Below, piece by piece: positions 40,105 to 48,495 of a stretch of 62,754 nt of DNA (its first letter is position 1; the number at the start of each line of letters is the position of its first letter). Under the pieces are notes generated by a model, which had not been told where the DNA came from, made no database searches, and saw only the letters and a list, made by a program, of their open reading frames with translations. The DNA is taken from the NCBI GenBank assembly GCA_021203775.1, contig JAJQAO010000015.1, positions 1 through 62,754 of the forward strand. The letters run 5' to 3'. The stretch comes from Phascolarctobacterium sp. Lineage in GTDB: Bacteria; Bacillota; Negativicutes; Acidaminococcales; Acidaminococcaceae. Position numbers and translations under genes: made by a program.

Positions 40105-41001
40105 TCAAACCCCAGACTCATCAAAACATGGTATAAAGTCCTCACTAGCGGCTGTCTTTTCCTGCAGAAAACCATCTTCTATGGAACTGTGCAATAAATA
40201 ATCTTCAAGTTCACCATACTCATCATCAGAAACCTTACGGTTAATTTCCGGAAATTCCTGTGCACGTCCGCAAGGAACATACTGGCGCATTAGACTGAAC
40301 ATAATCTGCCCCGATTTGAAATTCTGGGCAATCCAGTCGATTATTCTTTTTGTATCTTCAACCTGCCCTGGCAAAATAAGGTGCCTGATAAGTACACCAC
40401 TTTTCATAATTCCGTCATTATCAAGTCTATATGAACCAACCTGCCGATACATTTCCTTTATGGCCTGGGTTGCTGTGCGAAAATAATATGGTGCATTGCT
40501 ATATTTTATAGCAGGAATATCATTGACATATTTTAAATCCGGCATGTATATCTGTATTTTTCCTTCCAGTCTGCGCAAAGTATCCAATACCTCAAACCCG
40601 CTGGTATTGTAGACTACCGGCACAGGCAATGGTGACTGCAAACTTTCTATGACAGCTTCTGCAAAATGTGTCGGGGTCACCAGATTTATATTATGTGCCC
40701 CTTGGGCAATAAGTTCATAGTAAATCTCCCGTAAATGCTTTACGGTTATTTCCCTGCCGACACTGCCACTGCTGATTTTATGGTTTTGGCAAAAAACGCA
40801 GTGTAAATTACATCCGGAAAAAAATACCGTGCCGCTTCCCCTTGTGCCGCTAATGCATGGTTCCTCCCACATATGCAGGCCTGCACGTGCCACAATAGGC
40901 TGCAGCCCGCAACCGCAACTTCCGAAAACACCTTCTTCATCATTTATGCTCTGTGGTCTGTCAACACCACAACGATGCGGGCAGACATAACAATATGACA
41001 T
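40105..41001 (-). CDS. radical SAM protein, PflX-like (activase homolog of unknown target)
   Basis: 298-aa ORF with an N-terminal CYVCPHRC cluster and the radical-SAM motif CNLHCVFCQN. Monocistronic. Confidence 0.8.
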   Translation of the reverse strand: MSYCYVCPHRCGVDRPQSINDEEGVFGSCGCGLQPIVARAGLHMWEEPCISGTRGSGTVFFSGCNLHCVFCQNHKISSGSVGREITVKHLREIYYELIAQGAHNINLVTPTHFAEAVIESLQSPLPVPVVYNTSGFEVLDTLRRLEGKIQIYMPDLKYVNDIPAIKYSNAPYYFRTATQAIKEMYRQVGSYRLDNDGIMKSGVLIRHLILPGQVEDTKRIIDWIAQNFKSGQIMFSLMRQYVPCGRAQEFPEINRKVSDDEYGELEDYLLHSSIEDGFLQEKTAASEDFIPCFDESGV

Positions 41002-41051
41002 ATCATCATCCCCTATTTATTTGTTTTATTTTAGCATATAAACGTCTTTTA

Positions 41052-41081
41052 TTGACAAAAAATATTATCCGCTTTTATAAT
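41052..41081 (+). promoter_or_regulatory. candidate distal promoter of the AICAR-transformylase-domain gene
   Basis: TTGACA (41052-41057), 18 nt, TATAAT (41076-41081). This would give a ~150-nt leader. A second TATAAT at 41205-41210 is an alternative. Confidence 0.45.
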
Positions 41082-41235
41082 TTTTAATATACCAGATCAT
41101 ATACTTGGCATAGGCAGAATCCAGCAAAAAAGTATGGCCCATGACACTGACCGCCTGATATTTATCCCAGTTCCGTCCAGTTTTATATATTTATACGATG
41201 TTTATATAATAGTATAAGTACAGGAGGATGCAATT

Positions 41236-42411
41236 TTGAAAGAATTACCTTTAAAATACGGCTGTAATCCTAATCAGGACAATTCCCGCATTTACATGAA
41301 AAACAACCGAGATTTACCTGTGGAAGTATTAAACGGCCGTCCGGGCTACATCAATTTTTTAGACGCGTTTAACAGCTGGCAGTTAGTTAAAGAATTAAAA
41401 AAAGCCACAGGCTTACCAGCCGCAACATCATTTAAGCATGTAAGCCCAGCTGGCGCCGCAGTAGGCCTGCCCATGGATGATATCTTAAAAAAAATATATT
41501 ACGTTGACGATTTGCCGCTCACGCCGCTGTCAACAGCCTATGCCAGGGCACGTGGTGCTGACCGCATGAGTTCTTATGGGGACTTTGTTGCTCTGTCAGA
41601 TATATGCGACGAAACAACGGCTGTTATGCTGGCGAGGGAAGTCTCAGACGGCATTATTGCACCCGATTATACGGAAGAGGCCCTGCGCGTGCTTAAAACG
41701 AAACGCAAAGGTTCCTATAATATTCTCCGGATTGATCCCGAATATATCCCTAATGAACGTGAGACCAAGGAAGTTTTCGGCATTACCTTTGAGCAACACC
41801 GCAATAATGCCGAGATTACTGAAAAACTTTTGGCAAGCCGCCCCACCGTCAACAAGGATTTCCCGCCTGAGGCAATCCGCGATTTGATTATTGCACTTAT
41901 CACCCTTAAATATACCCAATCAAACTCTGTCTGCTATGTAAAAGACGGACAGGCCATTGGTATCGGGGCCGGCCAGCAGTCCCGGATACACTGCACACGC
42001 CTTGCAGGCAATAAGGCAGATATCTGGTGGCTGCGGCAGAATCCAAAAGTTCTCTCGCTTCCATTCAAAAACAATCTCCGCCGCCCGGACCGTGACAATA
42101 CTATTGATGTATATATTTCAGAAGATCATGACGATGTCTTAGCTGACGGCATCTGGGAAAACTTTTTTACGAAAAAACCTCTGCCACTTACCCGCGATGA
42201 GAAAAAAACATGGCTCACCAAACTGCATGGCGTATCCCTTGGCAGTGACGCATTCTTCCCTTTCGGCGATAATATTGAACGGGCCCACCGCAGCGGTGTC
42301 CAATACATTGCCCAAGCCGGCGGTTCCATCCGTGATGACAATGTTATCGCAACATGTGATAAATACGGTATTGCCATGGCTTTTACAGGGCTGCGCCTGT
42401 TCCATCACTAA
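41236..42411 (+). CDS. stand-alone AICAR formyltransferase-domain protein (PurH C-terminal domain homolog, no IMP cyclohydrolase/MGS domain)
   Basis: 391-aa ORF with FKHVSPAGAAVG and a C-terminus GVQYIAQAGGSIRDDNVIATCDKYGIAMAFTGLRLFHH matching the PurH transformylase end. TTG start 7 nt after AGGAGG. Confidence 0.85.
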   Translation: MKELPLKYGCNPNQDNSRIYMKNNRDLPVEVLNGRPGYINFLDAFNSWQLVKELKKATGLPAATSFKHVSPAGAAVGLPMDDILKKIYYVDDLPLTPLSTAYARARGADRMSSYGDFVALSDICDETTAVMLAREVSDGIIAPDYTEEALRVLKTKRKGSYNILRIDPEYIPNERETKEVFGITFEQHRNNAEITEKLLASRPTVNKDFPPEAIRDLIIALITLKYTQSNSVCYVKDGQAIGIGAGQQSRIHCTRLAGNKADIWWLRQNPKVLSLPFKNNLRRPDRDNTIDVYISEDHDDVLADGIWENFFTKKPLPLTRDEKKTWLTKLHGVSLGSDAFFPFGDNIERAHRSGVQYIAQAGGSIRDDNVIATCDKYGIAMAFTGLRLFHH

Positions 42412-42435
42412 AAACCGAGAACTTCACTGAAAAAT

Positions 42436-42463
42436 AAAAGAACGGATAAAAATCCGTTCTTTT
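42436..42463. terminator. bidirectional terminator
   Basis: AAAAGAACGGAT-aaaa-ATCCGTTCTTTT between convergent genes. Confidence 0.8.
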
Positions 42464-42465
42464 AT

Positions 42466-44112
42466 TCATTCCGCTCTTTCTTTCACAATTTTACATCCGA
42501 ATGTTGTCTGCAGGTCAAACCCTATTTCAAAAATTCTTTTCCATGGAAAATATATTTCGCCCTGCAAATTCTTAATATAATATTCCCTGCCATCCTGTAC
42601 GAAAAAGGGCGTGCAACCCAAGTTGTAATGCAGTAACTCCGCAGTTTTTAAATTCATGTATTGCTGGACCAACAGATGCGCTACCTGCTGCTGTGTTTCT
42701 GTCAGGAGTGACGGATTAAAATTGCGCCCTTGTACCTCTTTTCTAAGCTTATCATGATATAATTTCTGATAAATATAATCTTCCAATATCCTGTTTACAA
42801 GAAACCGTACATTGGCCGCATAAAGATCCGGCAGTTCCGCAGCATCTAGCTGCCGGCAGCGCAATACAAAAATAACTGACTGGGCTATAGCCGTACCGGC
42901 GGAATTACTGAAAGTATTCCATCCTGCATAGGCGACCAATTTGTTCACGGCAACCTTTTCTTCCAGCAGTACTGGCAATAATAGTTCATCCGCATTAAAA
43001 TTCGCGCTCAAATCAATTAATGCTGTCTTTTTATTGCTCTTTATGATATTCCATACTTCTTCTGCCTGTTCTTTATTAGGTTTATGGGATTTGCTGCCAC
43101 AATTAATGTAAATTACAATATCGGCAGTTTCTATATTTTCAGCCTCTTCCGCGCCTATTAAATTTAGTTTGTCCCTCAAAGTTTCCCCCACACTGGCCGA
43201 CATAAATGGCATATACATAAATTCCATCCCCGGCGCAGCATACTGCAAAAAAATTTTTGGTTTGTAATTTTGCTGTTGTAGATAAGCACGGCCTAATAAA
43301 ACAGCTGCCACTTCATCCGCTCCGTAAGTAATATAGGCATTAGGAATGTCTTTCTCATAAATTCTGGCATATTTCAGATTACGGTTAGGCAGTCCAAAAA
43401 CAGAACCGTCATCTTGTCCAATAACCGTCATAAAATTAGTGGCACTTAACTTTACAAAATCCTTATTGAACCTGTCATTAGCCATATAAAGAGAACTATA
43501 TTTCTGCAATATATCATCAGGAATCCTTGCGGCAAGTTCCATCTCTTCCCTGGTCAAATCCAGATCATTAAATGTTTCAGTCATATCACGCAAAGTTGTA
43601 TATCGCATTAAATGCCATTGATACCAGCTATCCGGAATTAATTGATCACTGACTAAAAGTCTGGGAATAATGGAAAAGCAAGCAAATTTCACTTTCGGAT
43701 TCGCATCCCGCAGATCCGACATGACCTTCAGAAAATTGTTTTGCGCTGGGACATCCCCTAAAGGGAGGCGCGAATTTAAAAGGCCTCCATGAATCAGAAG
43801 GTCCGATGAAATAAATGCATAATCGACATCAGAAACAGTATCTCGCAACCATAAATATAGTTGTGCTCTCTGAGCAGGTTTGCTATAGTTGTCAAGAAAT
43901 CCAATTGGCGGTAAAATTACCTTAATACCAGCAAGTTCCCCAAGCTGTTTTGGCAAGGAAGTGCATACTGGTCTGCCATCTAAAGGCAGCAAAATTGCCT
44001 CCGCCGTTGGAGGCAGTGCTTTTAAACTGACAGTCTGTGTTGACGGCATACGCCATATGCAGAAATAAAAAAACAGCAGCGCCAAAATAATTAACGGAAA
44101 AAATTTTTTCAT
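42466..44112 (-). CDS. membrane-anchored or exported protein of unknown function, DUF4127-like (paralog B)
   Basis: 548-aa ORF with an N-terminal hydrophobic segment (FFPLIILALLFFYFCIW). Motifs LPLDGRPVC, ISSDLLIHGGLLNSR, IGQDDG, AYAGWNTFSNSAGTAIAQ and FPWKRIFEI parallel ORF 27157..28719. Confidence 0.75.
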   Translation of the reverse strand: MKKFFPLIILALLFFYFCIWRMPSTQTVSLKALPPTAEAILLPLDGRPVCTSLPKQLGELAGIKVILPPIGFLDNYSKPAQRAQLYLWLRDTVSDVDYAFISSDLLIHGGLLNSRLPLGDVPAQNNFLKVMSDLRDANPKVKFACFSIIPRLLVSDQLIPDSWYQWHLMRYTTLRDMTETFNDLDLTREEMELAARIPDDILQKYSSLYMANDRFNKDFVKLSATNFMTVIGQDDGSVFGLPNRNLKYARIYEKDIPNAYITYGADEVAAVLLGRAYLQQQNYKPKIFLQYAAPGMEFMYMPFMSASVGETLRDKLNLIGAEEAENIETADIVIYINCGSKSHKPNKEQAEEVWNIIKSNKKTALIDLSANFNADELLLPVLLEEKVAVNKLVAYAGWNTFSNSAGTAIAQSVIFVLRCRQLDAAELPDLYAANVRFLVNRILEDYIYQKLYHDKLRKEVQGRNFNPSLLTETQQQVAHLLVQQYMNLKTAELLHYNLGCTPFFVQDGREYYIKNLQGEIYFPWKRIFEIGFDLQTTFGCKIVKERAE

Positions 44113-44204
44113 CCTACCGCTGCTCCTTTAAACTTTAAATAAATTAAAACATATTTACAAACATTATAGCATACGGCGAAAATTTTAAGGTGATAAATTT
44201 TATT

Positions 44205-44765
44205 ATGAGAATCATTGCCGGCCGTGCCCGCGGTCTTCATTTAATAACTCCCCAAAATATGAATTTGCGCCCTACGTCAGACAGAGTAAAAGAATCCGTT
44301 TTTGGCATTATCGGCGCCAGAATAACCGGTACGCAGGTTCTTGATCTGTTTGCCGGTACAGGAAACCTAGGCCTGGAAAGCTGGAGCCGCGGAGCACTTT
44401 CGATAACCTTTATTGATAAAAGCCAAGGCTCCATTCGCCTTGTGCGCAACAATATAGCCAAATGCCATGCTGATCAGGACTGTACCGTTATAAAAAATGA
44501 TGCCGTTGCAAGTATTGAAAAATTACATCACAAGAGCCAAAAATTTGATTTTATTTTTTGCGATCCTCCATATAATAAAGATTGGTTGAGCAGAATTATT
44601 ACTGCCCTTGTGCAATTCCCTATTATAAACCGCAATGGCTGGCTGATTGCGGAACATTCCCAGCATGACATTTTACCTGCATTACCTGCAGAATATGAAC
44701 TTTTTCGCAGTGAAAGATATGGCGAAACAGTAGTAGACTTTATAAAATTCATAAACCCCCAGTAG
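44205..44765 (+). CDS. rsmD: 16S rRNA (guanine966-N2)-methyltransferase
   Basis: MRIIAGRARG...RPTSDRVKESVFGII...LDLFAGTGNLGLE...CDPPY. ATG 44205; the track starts at GTG 44190. Confidence 0.88.
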   Translation: MRIIAGRARGLHLITPQNMNLRPTSDRVKESVFGIIGARITGTQVLDLFAGTGNLGLESWSRGALSITFIDKSQGSIRLVRNNIAKCHADQDCTVIKNDAVASIEKLHHKSQKFDFIFCDPPYNKDWLSRIITALVQFPIINRNGWLIAEHSQHDILPALPAEYELFRSERYGETVVDFIKFINPQ

Positions 44766-44900
44766 TTTTGTTTTTAATACTTTGAAAAATCTCTGCAAAA
44801 TAATTTATTAATAAAAAGGATATACCTGTTTTACGTCGAATATAAAACAAGATAATGTGATAAAATTTCATTTATACGCTATTATTTAGGAGGCCAAGCC

Positions 44901-45392
44901 GTGCGCAGAGCAGTTTGTCCTGGTAGTTTTGATCCAGTTACAAAAGGGCATATTGACATTTTCGAAAGAGCAAGTGCCATGTTTGACGAGCTCATCGTCA
45001 GTGTTTTTTATAATCCTGGTAAAGATAAAGCCATGTTCAGCACGGATGAAAGAGTCGAAATGTTAAAGATTGCGACCAGTCATATACCTAATATCCGTGT
45101 AACCAGTTTTTCAGGTTTGCTAAATGAATTTTGTGTTAAGGAAAAAGCCCCTTTTATTGTAAGAGGACTACGCGCTTTCACTGATTTTGAATACGAATTT
45201 CAACGAGCTCTGCTCATAAAAAAAATAAATAATAACCTAGAAACAGTCTTTATTATGACAAATTCCCGTTACTCCTTTGTCAGTTCATCAGGTGTACGTG
45301 AACTGGCAACTTTTGGTGCCAAACTAACTGATTTGGTTCCTGAATGCATCGAAGAACGTGTGCGTGAACACGTCAGACAAAAAGTGAATTAG
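44901..45392 (+). CDS. coaD: phosphopantetheine adenylyltransferase
   Basis: 163-aa ORF with CPGSFDPVTKGHIDI (T/HxGH) and ISSS-like FVSSSGVRE. GTG start after AGGAGG. Confidence 0.93.
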   Translation: MRRAVCPGSFDPVTKGHIDIFERASAMFDELIVSVFYNPGKDKAMFSTDERVEMLKIATSHIPNIRVTSFSGLLNEFCVKEKAPFIVRGLRAFTDFEYEFQRALLIKKINNNLETVFIMTNSRYSFVSSSGVRELATFGAKLTDLVPECIEERVREHVRQKVN

Positions 45393-45410
45393 GAAAGGAA
45401 GGTTTCGTAA

Positions 45411-46013
45411 ATGCTCGAACGCAATAATACCAATATGACTCTGGATAGGATTTTCGAAGAAATATTTAATATGATTAGCGAAGCCAGCCGTATCCCCCTG
45501 ACTGATAAAATTATTATTGAAGAAAATGATTTAGTTGGTGCCTTAGATGATTTAAAGGATGCCATTCCAAAAGAAGTCAGTAATGCCAGTCATGTTTTAG
45601 AAGAACAGAAAAGTATAGTTAACAAAGCCTATGAAGAAGCTGACAAAATTGTGCAACAGGCTAAAGATGAGGCTGAGCGTATTATAGGCCGTGCTACTGC
45701 TGAAGCTGATAGCAAAATTCAAGAAGAAGAAATAGTTAAACAGGCTGCTATTGTTGCCGAAGACCTCAAGGCGGATGCTCTGCATTATCAGGAAGAAATT
45801 AAACGTGATGCTGATGATTACGCTATACGTGTAAAGCATGATTCTCTCCAATATGCTGATGATATGTTGGCCTATCTGACAAATAATCTGCAATCAGCTC
45901 TCCAGGGCCTTACGGATAACCGCGGTAGTATTAACGAAGAACGCGAGAACCTGCAAAGCCATGCCAATAGTTTCTTGCCAGACTCTGATGAGTTGTCTGA
46001 TGATGAAGAATAA
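45411..46013 (+). CDS. hypothetical coiled-coil protein with acidic C-terminal tail
   Basis: 200-aa ORF. The central Lys/Glu/Ala-rich heptad-like segment (EEADKIVQQAKDEAERIIGRATAEADSKIQEEE) resembles ATP-synthase b/E-type stalks. C-terminus is SDELSDDEE. AGGAAAGGAAGG SD. Function cannot be determined from the sequence. Confidence 0.6.
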   Translation: MLERNNTNMTLDRIFEEIFNMISEASRIPLTDKIIIEENDLVGALDDLKDAIPKEVSNASHVLEEQKSIVNKAYEEADKIVQQAKDEAERIIGRATAEADSKIQEEEIVKQAAIVAEDLKADALHYQEEIKRDADDYAIRVKHDSLQYADDMLAYLTNNLQSALQGLTDNRGSINEERENLQSHANSFLPDSDELSDDEE

Positions 46014-46021
46014 ATAAAATC

Positions 46022-46070
46022 AAAAAAAAGACACTGTCATATTGCAAACAATATGACAGTGTCTTTTTTT
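46022..46070. terminator. bidirectional terminator
   Basis: A8-GACACTGTCATATTG-caaa-CAATATGACAGTGTC-T8 between convergent genes. Confidence 0.85.
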
Positions 46071-46119
46071 GTGCCGTTAATTTCTTCTTTTTCCCTGTTC
46101 CTTTACTCTTCTCTGACTT

Positions 46120-47535
46120 TTAAAATCTAAAATCCCTCATGCCTTTTTCAATCTTTTCTAAATAGCCTGCACAAGTCTGACGCACCTTTTCTTTTGGGAT
46201 GTTTAACAGTTCTGCTTCAATTAATTTTTCTCCCAGAATTCTAGTTTCTTCTGAAGCATAATCCACTAAAAATTCTTTCAATGTCAGCATAGCATTAGGG
46301 TGACAACAATTTTGAATTTGCTTGGATTTACACAATTCCATAAAACGATCCCCTGTACGTCCCTCCCTATAACAGGCTGTACAGAAAGATGGCAGGAATC
46401 CGAGTTGCATCAGCCACCTTATTACTTCATCCAATGTACGTTGATCGGACACGTCAAACTGTTCCGTATCAGTCGGACGCTCTTCATCCGTATAACCGCC
46501 CACAGAAGTCCGGGAACCCCCACTTATTTGGGAAATGCCGAGATGCAAAACCCTTTCACGCACCTGCTGGTTTTCACGAGTTGATATTATCATGCCGGTA
46601 TAGGGCACGGATATTCTAATCAAAGCTACTATTTTCGCAAATATTTCATCATCAATTCCATTAGCGAAAACACTTGGATCAATGTCATCAGCACGTTTAA
46701 TGCGCGGCACACTTATAGTATGTGGCCCTACCCCATGTACAGCCTCAAGATGTTCTGCATGCATCAGCAGACCAGCAAATTCATATTTATATCGTTCTAG
46801 TCCGAATAATACGCCCAGCCCAACATCATCAATTCCGCCTTCCATAGCCCTATCCATAGCCTCGGTATGGTAAGCGTAATTATGCTTAGGTCCCGTAGGA
46901 TGCAACTGTTCGTAGCTTCCCTTATGATACGTTTCCTGAAACAAAACATAAGTCCCTATTCCAACTGCTTTTAATCTGCGGTAATCTTCTACTGTGGTCG
47001 CTGCAATATTGACATTTACCCGCCTGATAGCGCCATTTTTATGTTTAATTGAATAAATCGTATTAATGCATTCTAAAATATATTCAATGGGGTTATTTAC
47101 TGGATCTTCGCCCGTTTCCAATGCAAGGCGCTTATGCCCCATATCCTGCAAAGCAATAACTTCTGCGGCTACTTCTTTCTGGGTAAGCTTTTTCCTAGTG
47201 ATATGTTTATTCCTTGCATGATAAGGGCAGTAGGTACACCCGTTAATGCAGTAATTGGACAAATATAGCGGAGCAAAGAGCACTATACGGTTACCATAAA
47301 AATCAAGTTTAATCTGCTTCGCTAAATCATAGATTTCCTGAAGTTTGTTTTTATTTTCGCAAGCCAGCAATACTGATGCCTCACGATGTGTCAATCCCTT
47401 TCTCAGCCTGGCTTTATCAATAATTTCGTCCACAAGAGAAAAATTGTCTTTATTTTTCTCTGCATAAGCCAAGGTTGCTAGAATTTCCTCGTGACTTATA
47501 AACTCTTCAGCCTTCATTGAATTTACATTATACAT
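46120..47535 (-). CDS. hydG: [FeFe]-hydrogenase H-cluster maturase HydG (radical SAM tyrosine lyase)
   Basis: ThiH-like radical SAM protein with CINGCTYCPY, plus the HydG-specific C-terminal Cys motif SFCTACYREG...CCHPNA. Start placed at ATG 47535 (MYNVNS, GAAAGGG 9 nt upstream). The track starts at TTG 47553. Confidence 0.85.
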   Translation of the reverse strand: MYNVNSMKAEEFISHEEILATLAYAEKNKDNFSLVDEIIDKARLRKGLTHREASVLLACENKNKLQEIYDLAKQIKLDFYGNRIVLFAPLYLSNYCINGCTYCPYHARNKHITRKKLTQKEVAAEVIALQDMGHKRLALETGEDPVNNPIEYILECINTIYSIKHKNGAIRRVNVNIAATTVEDYRRLKAVGIGTYVLFQETYHKGSYEQLHPTGPKHNYAYHTEAMDRAMEGGIDDVGLGVLFGLERYKYEFAGLLMHAEHLEAVHGVGPHTISVPRIKRADDIDPSVFANGIDDEIFAKIVALIRISVPYTGMIISTRENQQVRERVLHLGISQISGGSRTSVGGYTDEERPTDTEQFDVSDQRTLDEVIRWLMQLGFLPSFCTACYREGRTGDRFMELCKSKQIQNCCHPNAMLTLKEFLVDYASEETRILGEKLIEAELLNIPKEKVRQTCAGYLEKIEKGMRDFRF

Positions 47536-47611
47536 TAATTTCATCCCTTTCAAGTCAGCTACGCTTCCTCGTTAGTTTTAGATTTAATATCCCACACTCA
47601 AAATATTAGCC

Positions 47612-47878
47612 TTATTTTTCGTCAGTATTTTCAATAGCTGACGAATAAGTTGCTTTAGCACTTACACCTGGCAGTTGCCCGAGCTTTCCGGACAGGGCAC
47701 TAATAATATCTGATGGCGCATCTATAGCCACACAAATAATATTTATGCCTTTTGTTCTGTAAGGAATCCCCATTCTGCCAATGATATGCTGCCGATAGGT
47801 ATGCAGAATATCATTAAGCTTGTCTACCGAATCCTCTTTAGTGATAATGATGGAAATTACTGCTACCCTGGTCTCCAT
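47612..47878 (-). CDS. TM1266-like small ACT/NikR-C-type protein (putative iron-only hydrogenase system regulator)
   Basis: 88-aa ORF directly upstream of hydG. The pattern VAVISIII...IIGRMGIPY...INIICVAIDAP is typical of this family as I recall it. GAGGAGG SD. Confidence 0.65.
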   Translation of the reverse strand: METRVAVISIIITKEDSVDKLNDILHTYRQHIIGRMGIPYRTKGINIICVAIDAPSDIISALSGKLGQLPGVSAKATYSSAIENTDEK

Positions 47879-47923
47879 GATACCTCCTCTAATTTTTTTT
47901 ATAGTATATCACAATTTATTACA

Positions 47924-47961
47924 TAAAAAAAGCGAATATCATATATCCTGATATTCGCTTT
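47924..47961 (-). terminator. terminator after tRNA-Ala
   Basis: AAAGCGAATAT-N11-ATATTCGCTTT followed by T6 on the minus strand. Confidence 0.75.
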
Positions 47962-47973
47962 AATATTTGAATT

Positions 47974-48049
<76 letters not shown>

Positions 48050-48076
48050 AATATCAATTTTTTCCCCACTAAATTT

Positions 48077-48424
48077 TGGTGGAGATGAGGGGAGTCGAAC
48101 CCCTGTCCGAAAACACTGCAATACAACTTTCTCCGAGCGCAGATGCTATACCATGCTTCGCAACATAACCGCCTAGCACCAGGCTGTTAAGCCGCTATCC
48201 CGATAAATTCCCCCACAGCCTTCAGGATTAAACTGCAAGGTATCCCACTAATTGTCTGCCATTCCTCACCCGTGGGAAGAGGCTTGGACGGCAGTTAGCA
48301 ATTAAGCTGCTAAAGCGTATTCTCTGTTTGCGTTTATATTTAAACGTCCACCGATTAACGTGCAGATGGGACCACGGCTCGCTTATCATATCACACCTAT
48401 CTCCGTCGAAACCAGTACATCCCC
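48077..48424 (-). ncRNA. ssrA: tmRNA (SsrA)
   Basis: 5' end GGGGATGTACTGGTTTCGACGG and 3' end GGGGTTCGACTCCCCTCATCTCCACCA. Tag frame GCA AAC AGA GAA TAC GCT TTA GCA GCT TAA encodes ANREYALAA (48302-48331). Adjacent to smpB. Confidence 0.9.
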
Positions 48425-48495
48425 GATAATAAGCAGATATGCTAGTGTTTATGATACCATAGCTGATTTTAAAAAGCAAATACCATTATTTTATG

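Noticed and set aside
41100-41160. Canonical ZTP (pfl) riboswitch upstream of the PurH-domain gene.
   Set aside because: The 3' core is incomplete (GACCGCCTG followed by ATAT rather than GGGC). The P2-like arms (GGCAG/CCAGC) are not complementary. It is retained only as a low-confidence hypothesis in the findings.
41134-41217. Mini-ORFs around the self-complementary ATGGCCCAT. The plus strand reads MAHDTDRLIFIPVPSSFIYLYDVYIIV (27 aa). The minus strand reads MGHTFLLDSAYAKYMIWYIKNYKSG (25 aa), upstream of the radical SAM gene. Considered as a leader peptide or RiPP precursor.
   Set aside because: Neither has a convincing SD sequence. The PflX-type radical SAM family is not a known RiPP maturase. 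Short ORFs are expected by chance in AT-rich intergenic DNA.
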